Shown here in pieces: positions 18,914 to 30,200 of a DNA stretch of 64,000 bases. The notes beneath the pieces are model-generated. The model had not been told where the DNA came from. It saw nothing but the letters and a program-made list of their open reading frames with translations, and searched no databases. Location: the IMG/VR virus record IMGVR_UViG_3300017971_007885, positions 36,483 to 100,482 of that record. One strand, written 5' to 3'. The stretch comes from a virus. Position numbers and translations under genes: made by a program. Position 1 is the stretch's first letter. Each line of letters begins with the position of its first letter.

Positions 18914-20112
18914 ATCCAAGTCCGTTTTATGCGCCGGGCTTTATCGCTCCAGGTATCGCACCGGTGCCGATCTCACTAACTGAATACATCCAAACCACAG
19001 GGATCAACGAATATCTATTCTATGGCGTGAAACGGGGCGCTTACGTGCCGGAAAGTACCCAATTTTACGACTTTTGGGATCGCCAGATGATTTATCAATA
19101 CCTGCGGGCGGCGGAGCGCCAGATCGAGAACAAGATCCGGGTCCACCTTACCCCTACTTGGGCGGATGAAGACGGCGAAGAAGTGATCGTGGCAGATATG
19201 CGCGGCTATGTCTCAACATCGGGCCGCTCTGGGTACTATGCATGGCACGATTTTGCAGGTGCGTGGCCCTGGAGTGGGAGCGGATCGTACTATTACAACC
19301 CAACAAGCTTGGACTGGAAGGCATTTATCCAGGCCGGGCAAAGAAAAACTTCTGTATACGCCGCCCATGCCACGGTTTCATATGGCGGTGACTGGGCAAA
19401 AGTGACCGTTCCAAGTGGCGGGGTGGGCTCCAAGGACGAAATACGGGTATTTTATGCCGATGGCACCCATACCTATGGGCCAGAGCCGTCCAAGATCAAA
19501 GTGGGACCGAACAACATTATCATTACATGGCCAAAGGTCCGGATGGTTAAGCCAGAACTGAGCACCAGGCACAACTTGCCGGTGGACTTTGACGATAACA
19601 ACAACTTTGTGGAAACGATCACAGTGGCCCGAGAGTACAACGATCCAAGTGTTCAAGCCGTGGTCAGAACACGCCGGAACTGCAATACAACCGCATGCCA
19701 GGAGAGCACGGAAACAGCTTGTATCTTTCCTTCAGAACGGGAACTTGGTTATGTGGCCATCTATCCGGCTTGCTATGGCGGTGGACAGTGGCGGCGGCGG
19801 ACGGCATTCCAGGGAATCCCAGATGTGGCGTTTCTGCATTATCAATCAGGGCTGAAGACCTTGCCGCCAGGGTGGGATCAAGCGATCATCCGCCTTGCTC
19901 ACACGATTATGCCAGAAGCACCATGTCCGACAGGTCACCAACCCCAAGATCGTTTCTGGAGCAGGGACCGGAACATGAGCCATTCACAAACCCGAGAGCG
20001 GATCAATTGTCCGTGGGGGCTAATGGATGGGGCGTGGTACTCCTGGATGTTTTTCGAGGAACAAGAGCAGAATTATAGCAAAGGGGGTGGTTTACTTGCC
20101 TTCAGAGGATAA
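18907..20112 (+). CDS. Head-tail adaptor/connector-like protein
   Basis: AAERQIE...HYQSG...DQAIIRLA pattern; lies between capsid and tail genes. Confidence 0.55.
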   Translation: MVNPSPFYAPGFIAPGIAPVPISLTEYIQTTGINEYLFYGVKRGAYVPESTQFYDFWDRQMIYQYLRAAERQIENKIRVHLTPTWADEDGEEVIVADMRGYVSTSGRSGYYAWHDFAGAWPWSGSGSYYYNPTSLDWKAFIQAGQRKTSVYAAHATVSYGGDWAKVTVPSGGVGSKDEIRVFYADGTHTYGPEPSKIKVGPNNIIITWPKVRMVKPELSTRHNLPVDFDDNNNFVETITVAREYNDPSVQAVVRTRRNCNTTACQESTETACIFPSERELGYVAIYPACYGGGQWRRRTAFQGIPDVAFLHYQSGLKTLPPGWDQAIIRLAHTIMPEAPCPTGHQPQDRFWSRDRNMSHSQTRERINCPWGLMDGAWYSWMFFEEQEQNYSKGGGLLAFRG

Positions 20113-20425
20113 ACAGATCGTATTTTTCGATCCTAGAAACTACCGGAGAGGCAATCCCAATGTGATCTTGTTTCATAGCAACCGCTTCTTGATCTTGCCC
20201 TTATCTGAGGTAGCCATAGCTGAAGATGGTATTTTGTCCGTTGATCAAGTCAACTTGGCTTGTGCATTTGATGTAACCCCAGACTTGCCGCCCCGAGTGG
20301 TGGGAAGCGCGTGGAAACATCACATTGTTTTCAATACAGAAGTAGATCCAGTGTGGGCCGTAGGTGTAGCCCGATCGTGTGACCTATCCGCAAGTGAGAT
20401 TGTGGACAAATTCATGGAGGTATAA
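20087..20425 (+). CDS. Hypothetical protein
   Basis: Fills the gap before the tail gene; GTG start. Confidence 0.5.
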   Translation: MVYLPSEDKQIVFFDPRNYRRGNPNVILFHSNRFLILPLSEVAIAEDGILSVDQVNLACAFDVTPDLPPRVVGSAWKHHIVFNTEVDPVWAVGVARSCDLSASEIVDKFMEV

Positions 20426-20428
20426 GAA

Positions 20429-21928
20429 ATGTCAACAACCGTTGATCAAACAACTATCCAAAGGGGGTTTCAAACCCCATTCCTAAAGATCCATCCTTCC
20501 ATCGATCCATACGAGTACACGGGCGATTGTTCACGGCTTCAAGGCGTAACAAAACCCCTTGGCGATGTGGAACACACGGAATGTATGGATGCAACCCAGG
20601 CCACGGGCTTCCGGGAAGACTCGGAGATCGTCTCACGGCCAGGATCCACCACGGGCACCATGGTGATGAAGAAGAGTATTGTCAATGCGATCAAGGCTGA
20701 ACTCTGGGCAGATTGCAGATGGAACATTGACATTAGGCTTCAGCTAGAGGGTACCGGCTCCAGGTCCGATCAAATGAACTGGAACGCAATCGATCGGTAT
20801 ATCCGGTCCAAGTACACCGAGTATGCTACTGACGACGAAACGGTATACACTCGGGACGATCAAGGCGAAGTCTTGATCACGATGCCCTTTAGTGCGCCGC
20901 CTTTGTCGTTTTACAACATCCGCAAGCTGGATGCCCAATTGATCGATACTGACAAGGCCGGAAACATCACATGTATAACGTGGCTTGCCCATGAAGAGTG
21001 CCCCAGTGTCAACGGGCCGGCCGTGGGGTGCAAGATGGCTGTGGGAACGGCTGACATCGGTGGTAACCCACAGGTAGGATTATCAAGCGACGGTGGCCAA
21101 ACCTGGACTTGGTTTACCTTTGATGGCACGAACAACACGCCAACGTGGACCAACCCGATTACTGGAATCAGCGGGATCGATGACTTGATCGTGGTGGTCA
21201 GTGCGGCGGAAGGGTCACATGCGTATTCCACAGACGGCGGAACCACGTGGGCGGAAGTCACGCTTGCCGACTATGCCGCCAATGCCCCCCAGGCCGTGGT
21301 AGTGCAATCGCCTACAGCTATATGGATTGCCGGTGCCAACGGGTATATCTGGTTCTCGGATGACGGCGCTGTAACAGCAACCACGGCGGACGGTGGGAAC
21401 CCCGGTGTGGTCACGTCAAGCAACCTGCTCCGGATCAAGGCGCTATCCGATCGCTTTATCATTGCCGTGGGTGCATCCAATGCCATCGTAAAATCTGAGA
21501 ACGGCGGCGAAACCTGGAGCCTGGTTACAGGGCCGGCGGCTCAAGCGGCGGTGCAAGCCAATTCGATCGCAATGTGGGATCAAAACATTTGGCTTGTGGT
21601 CTATGAAGACGGCGAGGCTTACTGGACCGACGATGCCGGAACAACCTGGACCGAGGATACCCAGATCACAGACAAGGCTTTGACGGCGCTCAACGATGTT
21701 GCCGTGCATAAAGCGGAACGGTATGTGATGGTGGGTGAAGACGGCGATGGTAACGGGATCATTTTGGACAACATCCACGGTGCCCCCGGCAAGTGGGCAG
21801 AAATCGCAGAGCCGTCCGATGTGCAGGAGCTTTTCCAGGTGATCACGTGTGATCAAAACCTTTGGGTAGCAACCGGCGAAGTCACCTATGTGGGTGCCGA
21901 AGGCGCGATCGTTCGAGCGGTGGCCTAA
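20429..21928 (+). CDS. Major tail tube protein with C-terminal BNR/beta-propeller domain
   Basis: Precedes chaperones and tape measure; SD GGAGG; SxDGGxTW (Asp-box) repeats. Confidence 0.65.
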   Translation: MSTTVDQTTIQRGFQTPFLKIHPSIDPYEYTGDCSRLQGVTKPLGDVEHTECMDATQATGFREDSEIVSRPGSTTGTMVMKKSIVNAIKAELWADCRWNIDIRLQLEGTGSRSDQMNWNAIDRYIRSKYTEYATDDETVYTRDDQGEVLITMPFSAPPLSFYNIRKLDAQLIDTDKAGNITCITWLAHEECPSVNGPAVGCKMAVGTADIGGNPQVGLSSDGGQTWTWFTFDGTNNTPTWTNPITGISGIDDLIVVVSAAEGSHAYSTDGGTTWAEVTLADYAANAPQAVVVQSPTAIWIAGANGYIWFSDDGAVTATTADGGNPGVVTSSNLLRIKALSDRFIIAVGASNAIVKSENGGETWSLVTGPAAQAAVQANSIAMWDQNIWLVVYEDGEAYWTDDAGTTWTEDTQITDKALTALNDVAVHKAERYVMVGEDGDGNGIILDNIHGAPGKWAEIAEPSDVQELFQVITCDQNLWVATGEVTYVGAEGAIVRAVA

Positions 21929-21950
21929 GTCCACCTAGAAACGGGAACCA

Positions 21951-22505
21951 ATGTTAGTATCAGAAGCTGAAGCGATCTTGGATGATTTTCAATCGATCGT
22001 CAAGTTGTCGTGCGGCGCGATCGTACTATGCAAAAAAGTGCCGGGATTTTTGCTCCGGGCCTTCCAGCGTAGCCACGTGGAACCAAAACCGCCCAAGAAA
22101 CCGGTAAAAGTCTTGGGCGGCATGACAACGATGGAAGAAGATCCAGAGGATCCAGCGTATAAACAAACGATGGACGACTGGACAGCAAAAACAGGCTTTG
22201 ACTTCCTGGAGATCGCCATGGATTATATGGATCTCCTGGACGAAACAAAAGAGCAAGCGACGATCCGGGAACAAAGGCTTGATCGGTACGGCATGGAAAA
22301 TATCACGCCAAACAGGATGGACGTGTTTATATTTTCTGAACAAACAGAAGATACCAATGCCGAGTACATCAAGCTTTTGTGCGATGAAGTCATGCGGTTG
22401 AGTACAATTACGCCCCCGGAGGTGGCTGAAGCCAAGGGCAATTTTCGATCTTCGATGGATGAATCTGCCAGTAACGGATCTCCAGATGCCGAGGACGCAT
22501 CTTAG
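21951..22505 (+). CDS. Tail assembly chaperone (G-like)
   Basis: Position between tube and tape measure; ...EAKGNFR near the C-terminus. Confidence 0.65.
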   Translation: MLVSEAEAILDDFQSIVKLSCGAIVLCKKVPGFLLRAFQRSHVEPKPPKKPVKVLGGMTTMEEDPEDPAYKQTMDDWTAKTGFDFLEIAMDYMDLLDETKEQATIREQRLDRYGMENITPNRMDVFIFSEQTEDTNAEYIKLLCDEVMRLSTITPPEVAEAKGNFRSSMDESASNGSPDAEDAS

Positions 22506-22698
22506 TTATGGCCCTGAAGGGAAAAGCACTTGGCTTTTGTGTCCGGAACTCTTGAGATGGGAGATCGCCAGGTTTGAAGGTTACCGGCTAGATGAATTTG
22601 ACGATCTTCCGGGTCCAGAACAGTCCCGTTGTGCCGCCCGGTTTGAAGTCTACCAGATCAAGGAACGATTACTAGCCGGAGGGTTGCATGGCGGATAA
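22444..22698 (+). CDS. Tail assembly chaperone frameshift extension (T-like, +1 frame)
   Basis: Overlapping +1 frame open from TTT-CGA at 22443-22448; FDDLPGPEQ motif. Confidence 0.55.
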   Translation, partial: FDLRWMNLPVTDLQMPRTHLSYGPEGKSTWLLCPELLRWEIARFEGYRLDEFDDLPGPEQSRCAARFEVYQIKERLLAGGLHGG

Positions 22699-22728
22699 TG
22701 TGCAACCCTTTTTTCACATGAGGTAGCC

Positions 22729-23184
22729 ATGAAACGATCGCAATGGTACGGATGGCCAAAAAAGAGGGCGCTTTATAGCCAGGGCGAAGGGCCAGGCGGT
22801 GAATGTGTATGCCCAGAGTGCGGCGCAAAGAAGCCGCATGAAGCAGGGACGCCATGCACAGATGTGCCGTGCCCAAAGTGCGGTACAAAGATGGTCCGGG
22901 AAGGGGCGATTATCAACAAGGCCGCCTATAGCCGGAGCAGGTGCATGATGTGCGACAATCCCCCCCAGATAGATGCCAGGTGGGCGGATGGCCGGGGGCG
23001 GGCATGGTTTTGCATCCCCCACTTCCTAGAGTGGACGCAAAAAGAGCCACGAGAGATCGTACAAGCATGGTTTATCAAAGATGGCCAAGCACCCAAAACT
23101 TTGAAGGATCATCCAGGGGCTAGACTCGGTACAGAGCCGGCCAAGATAGCAAATCGGGCCAGGGAGTTAGCACATGGCGGATAA
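22729..23184 (+). CDS. Zn-ribbon protein (GPGGECVCPECG...PCxxxxCPKCG)
   Basis: Cys clusters; SD GAGG. Confidence 0.65.
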   Translation: MKRSQWYGWPKKRALYSQGEGPGGECVCPECGAKKPHEAGTPCTDVPCPKCGTKMVREGAIINKAAYSRSRCMMCDNPPQIDARWADGRGRAWFCIPHFLEWTQKEPREIVQAWFIKDGQAPKTLKDHPGARLGTEPAKIANRARELAHGG

Positions 23185-26100
23185 AATGCGCAAACTTGGG
23201 CTAAAAGTGGCGCTTGCCGGGCTCCAGTCCTACCGATCCGGCATTCAGTCTATCAACAAAGACAACGCCGCAACCAGGCAATCAATGGAAGACGTGGCCC
23301 AAGGGAGCCAAAAACTAGACTTGGGCATGGCCGCCTTGACCGGCGGAATGCAAGCCCTTGCCGCAAAGGGGATCGAAGTGCTTCTTGGCGGACTGAAGAG
23401 GTTGGGCAAAGAGATCTATGGCATGGCCTCAGAAGCCGGTGTGGTGGCCGGGCTAAAAGGAGCCTTTGAAGGACTGTCCGCTTCTGTGGGCCTAACCGGT
23501 GCAGAAATGCTACAAAAGTTCAGGGTGGCCACGGGTGGCATGGTGACCATGAAAGATGCTATGATGAGTTTTAACAAGGCCGCCCAGTTGATTAGCACTG
23601 ATTTTGCCACAATGATCCCCGATGCTATGGGGCACCTATCCAAGGTGTCTCGGTCAACCGGGGCCAGTCTGGACTATTTGCTTGACTCCTTGGTGATCGG
23701 TATTGGCCGCCTATCTCCTATGATCCTGGACAACTTGAGTATCCAGGTGTCCCTTGCCGAAGCCTCACAACGAGCCGCCGACATGTTTGGCGTGAACACC
23801 AAGGCATTATCAAAACAGCAAAAGCAATTGGGCATGGCCAATATCGTTATGGAAAAGTTGGCCATCAATACGGCGCATATGCCAGGCGTAACCGGCACAA
23901 CCACGGCACAAATGGCTGCATTGGGTACAACCTTGAAAGACGTGCGAACAGAGATCGGCCTTCGCTTTTTGCCGGTGTTGAGCGAATGGATGGGCATTGC
24001 CAACGCTCTAGCCACTGAGTTTATGCCAAAACTCATTCCAGCGGCTGAAAAGGTATCTAATGCAGTCATGGGAATGATGACTTGGTTTCAAAAGTTGGTT
24101 CCTGTACAGAAAATTGTGGCCGGTTTATCTGAAGCTTTTGATGCTTTCGTGACCGGGATGCAAACGGCGCTTGCTCCGGCTCTAGAAGTCTGGGGGAACT
24201 GGACCGGGATTATCAAAGCTTACATTGAAAGCATCGTCAATATTTTGACCGGTGGTGGACTGGGGAAGGTGTTTGAAGAACTGCCAGGCAAGATCGAAGC
24301 CGCTTTTGCGGTGATCGGGCCAATAATTGAAGAGGTAACCAAGTACCTGACTTATTTCTTCAGAGTGGCCAGAGATGTTTTTGCAGGAGTTGAAGCCCTT
24401 TTGAAGGGGGACACAGAGCGGGCAACCAAATTTTTTACAAAAGCCTTCAACACAGCCATAGCCACGGTGATCGCCCTATTCAAGCGGCTTGGTGCTCAAG
24501 TGATCGAGTGGGGCAAAAGTCTGATTGCATCCTACAGTAAAGGGATCATTGAAGGGATCAAAGCCTATCTATCCGCCGCTCTTCAATCTGTAGCCAACTT
24601 TATCAAATCATTTATGGCTCCAGGGAGCCCGCCCAAGTTTTTGCCGGATATTGGCACGTGGGGTGCCGGGGCAATGAATGAGTACATCAAGGGCATGGAG
24701 CATGCCGATTTTGGTATGCTGTCTAGTTTTACATCCCAATTCAAAACCGAACTTTCAGGCTTGATCCAGGCCGGTGATTTGGATGCTTCTGCTTTTGCAG
24801 ATACGTTTTTTGAGCTACGTGGCACCGTCATGAAGGTCATGGATGACTTCAAAAAAACCGGCAAGGTTGCAGCGGGGGCATTGGATCCGTTACGCAAAAA
24901 CTTGGGCAAGACCGGGGAAGCTTTGGCTGAATTGATCGAGAAACAACTTGCCTTTTCCGCTCTGGATAAGCAGATCGAAGAGCTAGAAAAAGGCTTCAGT
25001 GAAGCAATGGATGGAATCAGCAAAAAGTTCGAGGGCTTGACGGATCAAGAAGAAGCCTTGAATGATGCCTTGATGCCTTTTATCAAAAACCTGGAAAAGC
25101 TACGCGCTCAAGAAGTCGTTGAACTTGACGAATTGAGAGAGATGTTAGACGCCGGAGAAATTGGGCTTGAAGAGTACGAAGATCGGGTCAAGGCTGTAAA
25201 AGATCAAACCAGGGAAGCCGAAAAAGCCTATAATGTGAAGCGAGCAGAGCAGGTAAAATCACGCCAAAATATTCAGGAGCAAAAAGAGGCACTTCAGGAC
25301 CAGGCCAAAACGCTTCAAGATGAACGGCGAGAGAAACTAAAAGCTCTTGCTGAAGAAAGAAAAGCTTTGGCTGAAGGGATCACGGCGCTTCAGGACCGGC
25401 TTGCGTTCCACCGTGAAACGTTGGGCGTGATGAAACAACAAGACCAATTGTTAAAAAAGATGGCTGAAAGGATGCCCAAGGTTGGCGTGGGGGCCGGCCC
25501 TAAAGTGGACGGCATGCCAGCTTTACCAAAGGTTGAAGATTTGCTTGGTGAAGACATGCCCACCGTGCTTGAATCTGTTGACGACTTTAGGAAACGGATG
25601 GAAGATCTAGGTAGTCTTGAGATCGAACCGTTTGATCTCGGGGAACTTTTGCCCGATGTGGAAACAACAAAACGTGAAGTTTCCGCTTGGTTCTCTGCAT
25701 CTTTGGCCGGCATACAAACGGCGGCACAAAATTCGCCTATTGCTCAATGGATCCTGGATGCATTTTTCGTAAAACTCCCTGAAGTAATAAAGGGAATTAG
25801 CACGTGGATGGAAAGCAATTTTCCTATGGCCTTTTATATGGTACCAAAAATCTTGGAAGAAGTTTTCTCTGGAGATTTTCAAGGTGCCTTGCAATTGGCT
25901 ATTGATTGGTTCGAGTGGTTCAAAAGCTATATTGCTATCTGGTGGGCAATGGAGATTGAGCCTAAACTGAAACCATTCAAAGAGTGGTGGGAAAAAACTT
26001 GGCCGATCTTGCAAGCGATTGCAGTCACGGCATGGAAAGTGATCAGTGATGTTGTCTCGGCGGCGGTGAAAGTGATCGTGGATGATGTTTGGCCAAAACT

Positions 26101-27235
26101 CCAAGAAGCATGGGATAATTTGAGCGAAGCCCTTGGACTTGGACAGATCACATGGGAAGATACTTGGTATGCGATCAAAACAGCCGTGATGGTGGTCGGG
26201 GCCGTTATCGGTGCGGTCATTTTGGGAGTGGTGGCCGTGATCGTGGGGCTGGCCAACGCGATCGCTTCCGCTGCACAGACGATCACTAGTGCGATGAGAA
26301 ACACTAAGGAAGGGTGGATCAAAATTTGGGCCGCCATAACAACGTCACTCGAACTTGCCAAAAAGTTCATCTTGGCGATTATCAAAGGTGATTTTGCCCT
26401 TGCTTGGGAAACTATGAAGCAGGGACTCGTAGCAACAAAAATATTCTGGGAAGGTGTTTGGTTGGCCATCAAGGGCGCTTTTGAAGCTTCAATTGGGCTT
26501 ATTTTGTCGATCATTGGCGGATTCGTCGAAGGCATAATTGACTTCTTTACTAACCTGTACAAAGACTTGATCGGTGAATCTATCATCACTGATATGCTAA
26601 CCGATATCTGGACCGCTTTCACCAAAACGTTCACGGATATTTTGGAGAAGGCGGGGGAATTTGTAACGGGTGTGATTGACTTTTTCAAAGGGCTATTGAC
26701 TGACCTTGTTGGCGATGATGGCACCGTGACCAACATGGCCAAAAAAATCTATGATACGGTTGTCGGCGCTTTTAACGATATCATCAAAACAGCCGGTGAG
26801 ATGGTGGAAAGCTTCAAGCAAGTTGGTATAGATATTTTCGCCGGAATTTGGGAAGGTCTAAAAGAAAAGTGGCAGGAAGTCAAAAAGTGGATCTTGGGCC
26901 GCTTCAGCAAATTAGGCAAAGACGTGGAAGACGAAATGGAGATCGAATCTCCAAGCAAGGTGTTCTCCAGAATTGGCGAAAAAATGGCTGAAGGTGTTGA
27001 AGTGGGCTTTGGTTTGGAAGGGCTGGAGAAGAAAGTGTCTATGAGCGTGGCTCCAGCGATCATGATGAGCAAAACCGCCCGACCAATAAGCACATCGAAT
27101 ACAAATAACAACGTTGACAGATCGATAGATAGCAGAAACCAAAGCGTAAGCATGCCGGTGACAGTTGTTGATAGCCAGGTGTCGCTTGCTCAATTTAGAG
27201 AAACATTCAGACAAATGTTGACCGAGAGAGGGTAA
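23174..27235 (+). CDS. Tape measure protein
   Basis: 1353 aa helical, Ala-rich, periodic W/F repeats, C-terminal IESPSKVF motif. Confidence 0.9.
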   Translation: MADKMRKLGLKVALAGLQSYRSGIQSINKDNAATRQSMEDVAQGSQKLDLGMAALTGGMQALAAKGIEVLLGGLKRLGKEIYGMASEAGVVAGLKGAFEGLSASVGLTGAEMLQKFRVATGGMVTMKDAMMSFNKAAQLISTDFATMIPDAMGHLSKVSRSTGASLDYLLDSLVIGIGRLSPMILDNLSIQVSLAEASQRAADMFGVNTKALSKQQKQLGMANIVMEKLAINTAHMPGVTGTTTAQMAALGTTLKDVRTEIGLRFLPVLSEWMGIANALATEFMPKLIPAAEKVSNAVMGMMTWFQKLVPVQKIVAGLSEAFDAFVTGMQTALAPALEVWGNWTGIIKAYIESIVNILTGGGLGKVFEELPGKIEAAFAVIGPIIEEVTKYLTYFFRVARDVFAGVEALLKGDTERATKFFTKAFNTAIATVIALFKRLGAQVIEWGKSLIASYSKGIIEGIKAYLSAALQSVANFIKSFMAPGSPPKFLPDIGTWGAGAMNEYIKGMEHADFGMLSSFTSQFKTELSGLIQAGDLDASAFADTFFELRGTVMKVMDDFKKTGKVAAGALDPLRKNLGKTGEALAELIEKQLAFSALDKQIEELEKGFSEAMDGISKKFEGLTDQEEALNDALMPFIKNLEKLRAQEVVELDELREMLDAGEIGLEEYEDRVKAVKDQTREAEKAYNVKRAEQVKSRQNIQEQKEALQDQAKTLQDERREKLKALAEERKALAEGITALQDRLAFHRETLGVMKQQDQLLKKMAERMPKVGVGAGPKVDGMPALPKVEDLLGEDMPTVLESVDDFRKRMEDLGSLEIEPFDLGELLPDVETTKREVSAWFSASLAGIQTAAQNSPIAQWILDAFFVKLPEVIKGISTWMESNFPMAFYMVPKILEEVFSGDFQGALQLAIDWFEWFKSYIAIWWAMEIEPKLKPFKEWWEKTWPILQAIAVTAWKVISDVVSAAVKVIVDDVWPKLQEAWDNLSEALGLGQITWEDTWYAIKTAVMVVGAVIGAVILGVVAVIVGLANAIASAAQTITSAMRNTKEGWIKIWAAITTSLELAKKFILAIIKGDFALAWETMKQGLVATKIFWEGVWLAIKGAFEASIGLILSIIGGFVEGIIDFFTNLYKDLIGESIITDMLTDIWTAFTKTFTDILEKAGEFVTGVIDFFKGLLTDLVGDDGTVTNMAKKIYDTVVGAFNDIIKTAGEMVESFKQVGIDIFAGIWEGLKEKWQEVKKWILGRFSKLGKDVEDEMEIESPSKVFSRIGEKMAEGVEVGFGLEGLEKKVSMSVAPAIMMSKTARPISTSNTNNNVDRSIDSRNQSVSMPVTVVDSQVSLAQFRETFRQMLTERG

Positions 27236-27239
27236 AGAT

Positions 27240-30200
27240 ATGCCGTCAAACCCATATTCCGGAATGCCAAAGATGTGCTTGCTGTGCACAACTGCCCCCA
27301 ACGGTAGGCCGATCGATCTTTTGAATGCTCGTGGCATTTGTATCACAAATCCGCCAGGCTGGACGCCGCAAATTACAACGTTGAAAGGTGGTGGGGTCCG
27401 GGTCGGATCGCAAACATTGGATGATGATTGGCTCGTGGCCGGTGCGTATGGAGCGGTAGGGGAAGCTTTTCCGGTCAGAATCAACGCGGCGGATACCGCT
27501 GCAAGGGTACAAGAACTCTTGATGCGATTGCAAGAGGCTGCACAGTATTGGATCGATGGCTGGCAACGTGATGCCGTCTATTTGAAGGTACAGCTAACCG
27601 AAGATCATGGCGTTAAGTACAGCCGGATCAAAACAGGATCATACCGGATCGGCAATTATGCTTTTGGGGACCGGACAGGATTACCAAACAATGTATTGGT
27701 GCTAGAACGTGAACCATACTGGAACGGCGCTCCGCCCAACGAGATGCTTGGACCGTTTGCAAATTGGTGCCCCAACCCTTCATTTGAGTATTGGTCAGAC
27801 GATGGTATTGTGGATGCGTTCCCAACAGGTTGGTATGGTTGGCTGGATAGCGGTTTATTGCCCCCCACTTTAGAACTTCGGAGAGAAGATCAACAGATCG
27901 CCGGACCGGACTATGCTCTAGATATAAATTTCGCCGCCGCTCTTGGTGCCGGGGACTATCGGCTAACCGGTAGAATGAATTGGCCAGGTTCTCCAGAACA
28001 AGCAACGTTGCGCTTTTGGCTGTTCCTGACCTTGACAGCCGCCACACATACATTCAGCGTGCGAGTGATCAATAACAAAACCGGTGCGGCGGTTGCAACG
28101 GCCTCTTTTACATCAGATTATCAAGGCTACTATTATTTGCCGGTAGATGCGCCATTTATTGACGATGGAACATACTCGGTAGAATTGCGGTGGCAATTCG
28201 TCAATTCTTTTGTTCCATCCAGATCGGTGATCGACCACATTTGTTTCACGCCGGGCATATACGATGAAGACAGTTGGCCAAGTGAAAGCTTTTATCTGAC
28301 CTGCTCCAATATATGGAATTGGGAAGATGACGAGATGCACTATGGGCACAAGCGGGGCGTTGGAGAAGATGTCCAGCATCCTATCAACTTCCTTGATGTA
28401 TCCGGTGTACCTGGATCGGCTCCGGCGATCATGGAACTTAACGTCTCGCATCTTGGTGCCAAATATGGCGATGACAAGAACTATCCGATTATCAATTACG
28501 TGATGGGATCTCAGGTCCACGAAGCCGGGAAACGATCTAAAGATGAGTACCACATTTCGATGAATGGCGATGGGCCAGGATACACAGGCACAACAGAAAA
28601 GAATTTTTCTTCAGAGAGTTACATCAATGCTAGGCTGACAACAACATATAGTGCGATCTATTGTTGGCGTGCCGATGCGTTGGCGGAAACGTCTTTGTAT
28701 ACGGGCCGTTTCAAGGTTTTTGGCAGAATGCGATGGGTACCCACGGCGGAAGGAGTGTCAACGACATTACAGCTAGAACACTGGATCGGTAGCCAGGTGG
28801 GCCTTTTACAACAAGATGAAGTAATACTTGAGCCATCCGATCAATACAGAATGGTCAATCTTACACCCCGCTCTGTCGTTGACTGGAGTATTCAAGCCGA
28901 TACGCCGGCCGCTCTCGGGCTACGCCTTAACGGGAAAACAGAAGAAGAGGCTGGCAATATCGTGGTTGATTTTCTTCTGTTTGTTCCAACAGATGCAGGT
29001 ATGACAACGATCACGTTTGACGAAAATACGCCATGGTTGGTCGGTCAAGCTATTTCGATAGACGGTAACCCCAACCATCAACCAATTTCTGTTACATCCC
29101 CGTTTTTCCCTTGGGTTCGAGAATCAAGCATGTTGCTTGTAGCCGAAGGGCTAGATAGTTGGCTATGCACAGATGCTGAAGCTTTCACTGGTTCACTTTA
29201 TGTATCTACATACAATGTGGACGTGACCTATGATTATCAAATTTGGATCCCGATCAAGTGGCGTAGCACATTCGCCGCAACCAAGTACCCCGTTGACATT
29301 GTAAACAACGGGTGGGACACGGCCACGCTCATCGGTGCGGCTAAGATGTTAGCCAGCGGGAATGATTTGCGTGTCTTTGACAACGGGGTAGAAATAGATC
29401 GTTGGCTCCAGGATATAAATACTGCAACAACTCAGGTTTGGGCAAATCTGGACTTTGATCCCAAGGGGGAAGCGGCTCTTGCTACAGCCATAGCGGCCGG
29501 CGGGTTCGTGTCAACGATAACGGTCAGCAACCCAACCACTGATTTTCCGAACTCGGGGATCCTGCTTATTGACTCTGAAGCATTTGAATACACATCAAAA
29601 AATGATACCACAATGACCTTTGGTGGTGTCACTAGAGCGATCCGGGGCACAACTTCAGCATTGCACAATGTTGGAGCCGCCGTCTGGTGGATACAACATG
29701 ATTTGTGGATCAAGTATGGCAATGCCGCCGCCGCTGCTCCAACTGTAGACGACGATTATAAACCGGCCTTTCGCCTTGACTCAACAAATGTATCATGGGA
29801 TTACGACGACTTCGGCGAAGATGACGAATTGCGTGCCGCTCAATGGTTCTATGAAGCTCCGCTTCCAGGATACACGTACCCGTGCACCAAGTATACGGCC
29901 AACCATGGCGGTACAGCCGATCCTTGGCAGGAAATGGGGATAACATGGGATGCCGATGCCACTGCATCCGGACGATGGTGGCTCTACAACCCATGTGGTA
30001 TCTCTTCAGTGAATTATCAAAACGGAGAACACTATAGAACGTTGGCGATCCCAACGGAACAACTCACATCTAGCATGACAGGGGTTGAGCCGTGGACTCT
30101 AGAATACACCATTCCAACCCCCGGTGCCGGTGCTTGGGTAGCATGGAGCCGAAACGAAACCATGACGGCAAACACCAAGTATGTAGGTATAGAAGTTTAT

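Noticed and set aside
18679-18983. ORF-track calls 18679-18879 and 18771-18983
   Set aside because: Weak TTG/GTG starts and poor coupling; the UGA-containing frame 18674-18913 explains the region better
9110-27484. Long antisense ORFs (e.g. 9110-9970, 12605-13309, 25927-26742)
   Set aside because: Shadow frames of well-supported plus-strand structural genes, without SD sites or recognisable motifs
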